A DNA stretch of 64,000 bases, taken from Okamejei kenojei. Taxonomy: Eukaryota. The stretch is from assembly GCA_035221665.1 (NCBI GenBank), contig CM069151.1, forward strand, positions 18,724,001-18,788,000, in the 5' to 3' direction. Under the pieces are notes generated by a model, which saw only the letters and a program-made list of their open reading frames with translations, was not told where the DNA came from and did no database searches. Below, piece after piece: positions 55,901 through 61,439 of this stretch. A program made the position numbers and the translations under genes. Numbering within the stretch: position 1 is the stretch's first letter; each line of letters starts with the position of its first letter.

Positions 55901-58900
55901 TGTTCTGCTTTTTCAATTTCTTCAGACATTCCATAGCAAAAAACAAAACACCTGATTATAATGAGTTTAATATATCATGTAATCAATGGGGCATATAGAA
56001 CATGCGTACCATAGTACCAAGAAATTATGGTTTAAGAGCGGGCTTTGGAAGATCATGTCCACAACAGGTGGTGTATAGATAAAACAGGATTATTTGTTGA
56101 TTGCACTGAAGAATATATCAGCTCAGCTCTGATTGGCCCTATCCGCAATTTATGTTCTATGGAAGAACTAAAAATGATTTGTATAACAGCATTGAATTCC
56201 TGCTGAGGGTTTCCTGCTGATGGTTCCTGACTACTACCAATAGCTAGTGTAGTACCATTCCTTCCTCTTGGCTGTCTTGGTTTGAATATTGCATTATTTT
56301 CTTTCACTAAGAAACACAACAACTACATCAACACAGAGAACTAAACCAACATACTAATCAGGTTAGTGACAATATATTTCACACACATGTAGGAAAGGCA
56401 CACATAACAGGAAATACAGGGAATACATTAATCCAATCCATGCCTCACAGCAACCACGGAACAAATCATCTGGAACAAATCAATCTGAGTCATAGGAGAT
56501 GTTGCAACACTTTACCGCTCCTTATGTTGTAAATATCTGATCTGGTGAATACTTGCTGAGCACAGAATCTGAAGTTGGTGACTGTTATTAACAAATTGAA
56601 ATTTGTTTTGTGATTGCACCTGTGATACTGCTGATTGACAAGGCAAAGGTCCTCTGTTGTGCCGCACGCTTTAGCACTAAAGAAGGAATATCGGTGTAAA
56701 ATTTTATTAAAAGGTGCGCCAATTGATAAATTCAAGCAGCATCGAAGTCAGGTGAACGTAACATGTTTTTTTTTATTTCACTATTCACTGAAACAACGTT
56801 ACGTCAACATCTTGGGAGAACGTTTCAAACATGCACAGGCATGAAGGAGAGAACCAGCAGCACCCGAGGTTAGTGGTGTGTAATTAGATAAATAGAAAAC
56901 AAATCTCTGACACTATGAGGCTGCAGCTCCACCAGCTGCACATCTGTGCCAACACAATCATACTGAATGCCTGATCAGCTGCAATTTCTGAAAGACAAGG
57001 AAAAAGTAATGCAGCCGTATAGTATGGCCGCATGGTTTATTCACTGATGGAGAAAGAACGTGCAACTATGAATCTAGATTTCATAAAAATATGCCAGTTT
57101 TCAATTCCCTGTTGATGCTTTATAACTGGCGAAATTGTTTGGCTTGGCCTCCCACTTGAATACAGCATTCCTTTCTCTTTCAATAGAACGGACCCAACGA
57201 ATGTGAACCACCCCAGCACGACATCGGTTAGTGCCTACATAAACAGTTCACCCTCATACACATCTTTGTTTGCGTTTCTTCATCCTTTAGACTCTGTTGC
57301 TTTGGTTAGTTGAGGCTCTATATAGTCCCCTTAAGATTTTGGTCATTGCTTTATTCAAAAATAACCAATATAACCCATTTAACAATTACAAGAGGAAACA
57401 GGCCCTCTCGGCCCCTTCCAGACCGTGCCGACCATTTTGTTTTTCTCCCCATCAGTCCCCATCTACTGCACTGACCATTCCACTCTCCATACCTTTCCCG
57501 TCCATAATATCTATCCACTTTACTTTTAAATGTTAAAATCGATCCTGCCTCCACCACTTCTGCTGGAAGCTCATTCCACACAGCCACCACCCTCTGAGTA
57601 AAGAATTCCCCCTCACGTTACCCCTAAACTTCTGTCCCTTAATTCTCATGTCATGCCCTCTTGTTTGAATCTTCCCTATCCTCAATGGGAAAAACGTATC
57701 CACGTCAACTCTGTCTATCCCTTTCATCATTTTAAAGACCTCAATCAAGTCCCCCCTTAACCTTCTGCGCTCCAAGGAATAAAGACCTAACTTGTTCAAC
57801 CTTTCTCTGTAACATAGTTGCTGGAACCCTGGCAACATTCTAGTAAATTGCTGGAACCCTGGCAACATTCTAGTAAAAATGTAGTTTCTCTCCACGAAAA
57901 TATAGAAACAACTACCGAATTAAGGAGGCCTTTTGTTGCTGATTGCCTGCAATAATTTTATAAAGAGAATTGAGTCTGGCACCTTTCGGCAGACATAGAT
58001 AAGGATTTTCACTTTTATAGAAAAGGTCTCTTCCCTTCGCCTCTTCCACAGTTCCTGGTGTTTTTGGCCATGGCAACGCTGTTAAAGGGTTTTGTTTCAG
58101 CTCAAAGATTTTTCAAAAATGGATCAACAAATAATGGTATTAGAAAATATGGTGTTAAGTAGACTTTGAGGTCTTTGAAAGATGGTAATCATCCAATATA
58201 TCCGTATCTGGTGTATAGAGAGAACAGGATTATTTGTGATGGCACAGAAATATTCAGCTACTGATTGATCAAATATATTTTGCCCTGCCAATTTATTTTA
58301 CGAAGAACAAAAATGCCATCTGGTAAACTTTTTAATAATGCGTGCCAGCATATGAATTCCTGCTGATGGTTTCTTGACAACCAATAGTTAGCTGTATACC
58401 AATTCCTCTTGCCGTCTTGTGAAAATTACCTTTTTTTTTTACTTAGCACCCTCTTCAGGAACATCTGTTCATTGCTTTATTCCAAAAATGTAGTTTCTCA
58501 CCATGAAAATATAGAAGATACTACCAAATTAAGGAGGCCTTTTGGTGCTGGTTGCCTACAATAATTTCAAAAAGAGCATTGAGGCTGGCACTTTTCAGTT
58601 GACATGGATAAGGATTTTCACTTATTAGAAGATGTCTCTTCCCTTCGCCTCTTCCAGTATTCCGGGAATTTTTGGTCATGGCAATGCTGTTAAACAGTTT
58701 TGTTTCTGCTCAATGATTTTTCCAAAAATGATCAACGAAGGAGTTTAGAACTTTCTTCTAAAAATCACAATGTCTTTTCATAATTTCGGTACATTTGATA
58801 AATGACAAAGCAAAATTTGGTTAACTGCTAAATGTCCTTTGCATAGGCACAAGCAATGAACATTGTTAAAATTCAGCCCAGTCTAAGGAAAATGTGCAGT

Positions 58901-61157
58901 GTCGTACTGAAATTGATTGGTGACTCTTGCAATTCAATTTGTAAATTATTTTCTATTTGCTCTCCAGGAACAACACCAACAACATCTTTGACAACTGGAA
59001 CAACTGAGACCACCTCCAGTTCCACAACAGGTGAGTCAAACCACTTTCAATAAACATTGGCAAATCAAAGACAACGAGACAACATTTCTAACATCAGCTC
59101 TGTGACTTATTTCTTGCATCTTTGCTTACATTATTGGCATAAATTGTGCAAGTATACATGTTAAGATGTCAATGTTTGACTCATAACAATTTTACCAACT
59201 TTTGACACAATTTCAAAATAGTTCGGATTTGTGGAGGAAATGAGTTGGTATTTTCTGCTTTTCAATTTCTTCAGACATTCCATAGCAAAAAACAAAACCC
59301 TGATTATAATGAATACATTTTATGCAAGTTGAGAATCATGTATCAATGGGGCATATGAACAGACATGCTTACCCATAGTACACACACAACATACCATTAG
59401 AAATTATGGTATTAAGTCAACCTTGCGGGCTTTGGAAGATGGTTGATCTTCCAGGAAATCCACAACTGGTGTATAGATAAAACAGGATTATTTGTGATGG
59501 CACTGAAATATTCAGCTTCTGATTGATCAAAATAATATTTTGCCCTACAATTTTATTCTATGAAGAACTAAAATGCCATTTGTTAAACATTTTAATTAAG
59601 CGTGCCACCATATGAATTCCTGCTGATGGTTTCCTGACTACCAATAGCTAGCTGTGTACCAATTCCTCTTGGCTGTCTTGGTTGAATATTGCATTATTTT
59701 CTTTCACTAGAAACACCAACAACTACATCAACAACAGAGACCACTACCAGTATACTACATCAGGTTAGTGACAATATATTTCACACACATGTAGGAAAGG
59801 CACACATAACAAGGAATACATGTAATCTCCATGCTCACAGCAACCACGGAACAAATCAATCTGAAGTCTCTGGTGCTGTGAGGTAGGAGTTGCAGCAGTT
59901 GTGGCACTTTACCGCTCCTTATGTTGTAAATTTCTGATCAGTAGTTCTTGGAATACTTGCTGAGCTTCCACAAAATCTGAAGTTGGTACATTAACAAATT
60001 GAAATTGTTTGTGATTGCACTGACATTCAACTGCTGATTGACAAGGAAAAAGTAATGCAGCCGTATAGTATGGCCGCACGCTTTATTCACTGAAAAGGAA
60101 ATATCGAGTGTAAAATGTTTTATTAAAAGGTGCCAGTTGATAAATTCTTGTTGAAAGATTCTAAACTGCATAACCATTCCTTTGTTTGTTAGTGGAACGT
60201 AACATGTAACATGTTTTTTTATTTCCTAGAAACAACGACATCAAATCTGGGACAACACTACATCTGGTCAGTATTCATCCTCTTTGTTAAAAACCTTTGG
60301 GGGGTCACAGGCAGTGGAAAGTGAGAACGTGCCAATCCAGATAGACAGCACCCGAGGTTAGCATATAGAAACAAATATATACTTATGAGGTTGCAGCTCT
60401 ACCAGCTGACCATCTATGCCAACTCAATCTCTAATGCATGATCGCCTCAATTTTCTGAAAGAAAAGGAAAAAAAAGTAAGAAGAAAAAACGAAAGTGCAG
60501 TAGTAACACCGTTTTCATAAAATATGCCAGTTCATGAATTCCTGTTGATGGCTTTATAACTGCGTACCAATTCTCTTGGCTGCCCCACTTGAATACAGAA
60601 GAAAATGTTTAATGAAGAAAATGACATCTCGTTAAACATTTTCATAAAATGTGCCAGCTCATGAATTCCTTATTGTTCTTATTGCCTGCAATAATTTTTA
60701 AAAGAGCATTGATTCTGGCACCTTTCAGTAGACATGGATAAGGATTTTCACTTTTTATAAAAGGTCTCTTCCGTTCGCCTCTTCCACTATTCAGGGATTT
60801 TTTGGTCATGGCAACACTGTTAAACAGTTTTGTTTCTGCTCAATAATTTTTCAAAAATGGATCAATGAAGGAGTTTAGAACTTTCTTCAAAAAAATCACA
60901 ATTCCCTTTCATAATTTCGTTCCATTTGGTAAATGACGAAGCAAAATGTGGTTAATTTCTAAATGTCCTTGGCTTTGGCACAAACAACGAACATTGTTAA
61001 AATTCAGCCCAGTCTCAGGAAAATGTGCAGTGTCGTACCTAAATTAGTGACTCTTGCAATTCAATATATAAATGCTTTTCTATTTGCTCTCCAGGAACAA
61101 CACCAACAACATCTTTGACAACTGGTACAACTGAGACCACCTCCAGTTCCACAACAG
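7883..61157 (+). CDS. muc19: Gel-forming mucin, MUC19-like (multi-exon, 3'-incomplete): signal peptide-D1-D2-D'-D3-PTS cassette exons
   Basis: Exons 1-26 join with consistent phases into 1127 codons + 1 nt without stops. VWD motifs CGLCG/GLCG and [14 protein letters not shown] are present. D3 segments [52 protein letters not shown] and [21 protein letters not shown] match MUC19/submaxillary apomucin as I recall it, not MUC2/5/6. A PTS domain split over many small exons is also MUC19-like. Confidence 0.8.
8240..9670 (+). mobile_element. Penelope-like element (RT + GIY-YIG), 5'-truncated and frameshifted
   Basis: [15 protein letters not shown]...YLRYIDD; [26 protein letters not shown]; terminal repeat with CTGAAGA..AAAC core. 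Confidence 0.9.
10924..10977 (+). CDS. muc19: Exon 2, [18 protein letters not shown]
   Basis: cag acceptor, GTAAGT donor, 54 nt phase 1-1; AFA signal-peptidase motif followed by RVKR. Confidence 0.8.
11593..11821 (+). CDS. muc19: Exon 3, VWD1 start
   Basis: [33 protein letters not shown]...; AG/GTAAGT, phase 1-2. Confidence 0.92.
12400..12680 (+). mobile_element. tRNA-derived SINE (HE1/V-SINE-like)
   Basis: GGTTTGATCC B-box-like motif, GTTTGTAGGTTAATTGGC body, CTAAA tail. Confidence 0.75.
12778..12895 (+). CDS. muc19: Exon 4, VWD1
   Basis: [16 protein letters not shown]...[12 protein letters not shown]; phase 2-0. Confidence 0.92.
13090..15140 (+). mobile_element. Cluster of old CR1 fragments with embedded Penelope-terminal pieces
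   Basis: LDFxKAF-like and LEFRxLR-like remnants; Penelope-terminal pieces at 13590-13670 and 14490-14625. Confidence 0.6.
15188..15266 (+). CDS. muc19: Exon 5, VWD1 with CGLCG
   Basis: [26 protein letters not shown]; phase 0-1. Confidence 0.93.
15521..15675. other. Assembly gap (155 N)
   Basis: N run in intron 5; the flanking exons are phase-compatible, so no exon is needed in the gap. Confidence 1.
15882..15973 (+). CDS. muc19: Exon 6
   Basis: [31 protein letters not shown]; phase 1-0. Confidence 0.88.
16700..18140 (+). mobile_element. Degenerate CR1 LINE
   Basis: [43 protein letters not shown] remnants. Confidence 0.8.
18972..19173 (+). CDS. muc19: Exon 7, C8-1
   Basis: [12 protein letters not shown]...MCQKDVC...[10 protein letters not shown]; phase 0-1. 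Confidence 0.92.
19325..19450 (+). CDS. muc19: Exon 8, TIL-1
   Basis: [22 protein letters not shown]...CDCPQG; phase 1-1. Confidence 0.93.
20142..20262 (+). CDS. muc19: Exon 9, TIL-1/E1
   Basis: [28 protein letters not shown]...; phase 1-2. Confidence 0.93.
20356..20494 (+). CDS. muc19: Exon 10, E1/VWD2 start
   Basis: [46 protein letters not shown]; phase 2-0. Confidence 0.92.
20626..20718 (+). CDS. muc19: Exon 11, VWD2
   Basis: [31 protein letters not shown]; phase 0-0. Confidence 0.9.
20806..20878 (+). CDS. muc19: Exon 12, VWD2
   Basis: [24 protein letters not shown]; phase 0-1. Confidence 0.88.
20967..21104 (+). CDS. muc19: Exon 13, VWD2
   Basis: [15 protein letters not shown]...[18 protein letters not shown]; phase 1-1. 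Confidence 0.92.
22053..22208 (+). CDS. muc19: Exon 14, VWD2 end
   Basis: [22 protein letters not shown]...FSESWK...CVSSEH; phase 1-1. Confidence 0.93.
23192..23286 (+). CDS. muc19: Exon 15, C8-2
   Basis: [32 protein letters not shown]; phase 1-0. Confidence 0.92.
24480..24770 (-). mobile_element. HE1/V-SINE-like SINE
   Basis: Reverse complement of the SINE type at 26628. Confidence 0.7.
24919..25045 (+). CDS. muc19: Exon 16, C8-2
   Basis: [42 protein letters not shown]; phase 0-1. Confidence 0.93.
25960..26620 (+). mobile_element. CR1 RT fragment hosting a MITE
   Basis: [24 protein letters not shown] remnants. Confidence 0.7.
26301..26548. mobile_element. MITE, PIF/Harbinger-like
   Basis: About 35-bp imperfect TIRs (AGAGCCTGTCTCACTTTCAC / TTGAAAGTGGGACAGTCCCA); TAA duplicated at 26298-26300 and 26549-26551. 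Confidence 0.85.
26628..26897 (+). mobile_element. HE1/V-SINE-like SINE, near full length
   Basis: GGTGGCACAGCAGTAGAG A-box-like head, GATTTGATC B-box-like motif, CTAAA tail. Confidence 0.8.
27225..27471 (+). CDS. muc19: Exon 17, TIL-2/E2
   Basis: [19 protein letters not shown]...[15 protein letters not shown]...CPCY; phase 1-2. Confidence 0.93.
27561..27619 (+). CDS. muc19: Exon 18
   Basis: [19 protein letters not shown]; phase 2-1. Confidence 0.88.
27728..27807 (+). CDS. muc19: Exon 19, TIL'
   Basis: [27 protein letters not shown]; phase 1-0. Confidence 0.9.
28035..29400 (-). mobile_element. Rex-Babar-like LINE 3' half with nested CR1 tail and MITE
   Basis: [31 protein letters not shown]; [18 protein letters not shown]; (AGTTT)n tail. 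Confidence 0.85.
28253..28434. mobile_element. MITE, PIF/Harbinger-like
   Basis: TIRs AGGGCCTGTCCCACTTGG / CCAAGTGGGACATGCCCA; TGA duplicated on both sides. Confidence 0.85.
29507..29655 (+). CDS. muc19: Exon 20, TIL'/E'
   Basis: [17 protein letters not shown]...[22 protein letters not shown]; phase 0-2. Confidence 0.92.
29750..29888 (+). CDS. muc19: Exon 21, E'/VWD3 start
   Basis: [46 protein letters not shown]; phase 2-0. Confidence 0.94.
30005..30195 (-). mobile_element. HE1/V-SINE-like SINE fragment
   Basis: AACCTACAAACCTG body and tRNA-like head on the minus strand. Confidence 0.7.
30436..30540 (+). CDS. muc19: Exon 22, VWD3
   Basis: [35 protein letters not shown]; phase 0-0. Confidence 0.93.
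30655..30843 (+). CDS. muc19: Exon 23, VWD3
   Basis: ...[39 protein letters not shown]; phase 0-0. Confidence 0.93.
32128..32358. mobile_element. Fold-back pair of Penelope terminal repeats with hammerhead core
   Basis: Two inverted arms; minus-strand CTGAAGA-AGG-CTCTCGA-CCT-GAAA at 32202-32225. Confidence 0.7.
32954..33193 (+). CDS. muc19: Exon 24, VWD3 end/C8-3
   Basis: [21 protein letters not shown]...LEFGNSWK...WAQKRC...FQACHKK; phase 0-0. Confidence 0.94.
33291..33447 (+). CDS. muc19: Exon 25, C8-3
   Basis: [52 protein letters not shown]; phase 0-1. Confidence 0.94.
33860..34560 (+). mobile_element. SINE, Penelope fold-back and CR1-tail cluster
   Basis: SINE body 33860-34070, fold-back 34095-34235, [13 protein letters not shown]1 tail 34405-34560. 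Confidence 0.65.
35097..35222 (+). CDS. muc19: Exon 26, TIL-3
   Basis: [43 protein letters not shown]; phase 1-1. Confidence 0.93.
35395..36850 (+). mobile_element. Old CR1 fragment interrupted by a GC-rich insert
   Basis: [17 protein letters not shown] at about 35410-35465; CR1 3' remnants resume after 36145. Confidence 0.6.
37157..37330 (+). CDS. muc19: Exon 27, TIL-3/E3 (indel-damaged, end approximate)
   Basis: Fragments GCY..KCPEGAP..LDE..TMKCVAL..DC are readable only across several frameshifts. Confidence 0.65.
38385..40230 (-). mobile_element. CR1 remnants (noisy) with SINE pieces
   Basis: AGAAAACATAACAT tail and homology to the CR1 at 2230-3800. Confidence 0.55.
40283..40316 (+). 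CDS. muc19: Exon 28, end of E3 (probably indel-damaged)
   Basis: ttttacag acceptor, GTAAGT donor; MC..NGI..CP readable with one frameshift. Confidence 0.55.
41600..41678 (+). CDS. muc19: First PTS exon (unique, Thr-rich; damaged)
   Basis: ACN-rich run ([14 protein letters not shown]) between acag and GTAAAG. Confidence 0.6.
43070..43950 (-). mobile_element. CpG-rich interspersed element; internally deleted copy at 4500-4760
   Basis: Shares CTGTGATGGAAGG, CCCCCACAT(A/G)AAACA and GACTGTTGG...GCCACCC with 4500-4760. Confidence 0.6.
44744..44799 (+). CDS. muc19: PTS cassette exon (diverged B/C-like)
   Basis: ttttctctag acceptor, ACAACTGAG core, GTTAGT donor. Confidence 0.55.
45559..45622 (+). 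CDS. muc19: PTS cassette exon type A, copy 1
   Basis: Homologous to the clean copy at 58968; ACAG|GTGAGT donor. Confidence 0.7.
46041..46365 (+). mobile_element. hAT/Charlie-like transposon end
   Basis: CAGCGTTTCTCAACC terminus after CACTAGAC; GGGTTCC subterminal repeats; no second TIR seen. Confidence 0.55.
46857..46911 (+). CDS. muc19: PTS cassette exon type B
   Basis: ctctag acceptor, ACAACTACATCAACAACTGAGACC core; donor reads GATAGT. Confidence 0.5.
47385..47428 (+). CDS. muc19: PTS cassette exon type C
   Basis: ttcactag acceptor, CACCAGCACTA core, GTTAG donor. Confidence 0.55.
48052..48118 (+). CDS. muc19: PTS cassette exon type A, copy 2
   Basis: Homologous to 58968; GTGAGT donor. 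Confidence 0.65.
48528..50088 (+). mobile_element. CR1 3' part inserted in the mucin array (noisy, split by low-complexity sequence)
   Basis: CTGGAGTATTGCGTACAGTTTTGGTCTCC and other CR1 segments; TTTCTATGT tail. Confidence 0.85.
50995..51046 (+). CDS. muc19: PTS cassette exon type B (approximate)
   Basis: CTGAGACCACTACCAG core within B-type flanks; donor reads GATAGT. Confidence 0.45.
51521..51564 (+). CDS. muc19: PTS cassette exon type C
   Basis: ttcactag...ACTGAGACCACCACCAGCACTACATCAG|GTTAGT. Confidence 0.6.
52185..52249 (+). CDS. muc19: PTS cassette exon type A, copy 3 (noisy)
   Basis: Homologous to 58968 with A-type flanks; donor garbled. Confidence 0.5.
52999..53054 (+). CDS. muc19: PTS cassette exon type B
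   Basis: ttcactag acceptor, ACAACTGAGACCACTACC, TCAG|GTTA. Confidence 0.55.
54076..54125 (+). CDS. muc19: PTS cassette exon type B (acceptor garbled)
   Basis: ACCACTACCAGTACTACATCAG|GTTAGT. Confidence 0.5.
54877..54926 (+). CDS. muc19: PTS cassette exon type C
   Basis: ccctag acceptor, ACCACCACCAGCACTAC, TCAG|GTTAG. Confidence 0.55.
55592..55663 (+). CDS. muc19: PTS cassette exon type A, copy 4
   Basis: ACATCTTTGACAACTGG..ACAACTGAGACC; homologous to 58968. Confidence 0.6.
56312..56361 (+). CDS. muc19: PTS cassette exon type B
   Basis: ACAACTACATCAAC core, TCAG|GTTAGT. Confidence 0.55.
57187..57226 (+). CDS. muc19: PTS cassette exon type C (noisy)
   Basis: C-type flanks, CCAGCACGACATCG|GTTAGT. 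Confidence 0.45.
57363..57874 (-). mobile_element. 5'-truncated young CR1 insertion with TSD
   Basis: [30 protein letters not shown]; AAAAAT on both sides; empty site at about 58470-58500. Confidence 0.92.
58968..59030 (+). CDS. muc19: PTS cassette exon type A, clean: [21 protein letters not shown]
   Basis: 63 nt, phase 1-1, tctccag acceptor and GTGAGT donor. Confidence 0.88.
59711..59763 (+). CDS. muc19: PTS cassette exon type B: [14 protein letters not shown]...
   Basis: ttcactag acceptor and GTTAGT donor; 53 nt, 2 nt longer than a frame-neutral 51 nt. Confidence 0.7.
60230..60266 (+). CDS. muc19: PTS cassette exon type D (degenerate paralog near 56790)
   Basis: tttcctag acceptor and GTCAGT donor; starts ETTTSN; 37 nt as assembled. 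Confidence 0.5.
61095..61157 (+). CDS. muc19: PTS cassette exon type A, clean copy
   Basis: 63 nt, identical to 58968-59030 except one synonymous GGA/GGT change. Confidence 0.88.
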
Positions 61158-61439
61158 GTGAGTTAAACCACTTTCAATAAACATTGGCAATCTTAGGACA
61201 AACTGGGTTAACATTATAACATCCAGCTCTGTGCTCAATTGTTTTATCTTCACTTAATTATGGGGCATGAATTGGCCAACTATATGTTAGATAATGGCAT
61301 AAAAAAGGACCATAAACAGTGTATATGAAGACGTGTTTCGATATTGCAGGGGTGATACCATATATTAATATTAGACTTTATAAATTATCAAAATAATCGA
61401 TGAGGGTGCAGGATTGTTTAGAGGTCCAGGGAAATATTA

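Larger units (their letters stand above)
44000..61300 (+). repeat. Higher-order tandem array of intron+micro-exon modules (about 2.1-4.1 kb between type-A exons)
   Basis: Type-A exons at 45559, 48052, 52185, 55592, 58968 and 61095 have homologous flanks; motifs ATGAATTCCTG(T/C)TGATGG and AATTCCTCTTGGCTG recur. Confidence 0.92.

Noticed and set aside
44000-61300. Recurring short motifs with spacers, superficially CRISPR-like or RSS-like
   Set aside because: The intervening sequences are homologous to each other and hundreds of nt long, they flank spliceable Thr-rich exons, and there are no cas genes or heptamer/nonamer pairs
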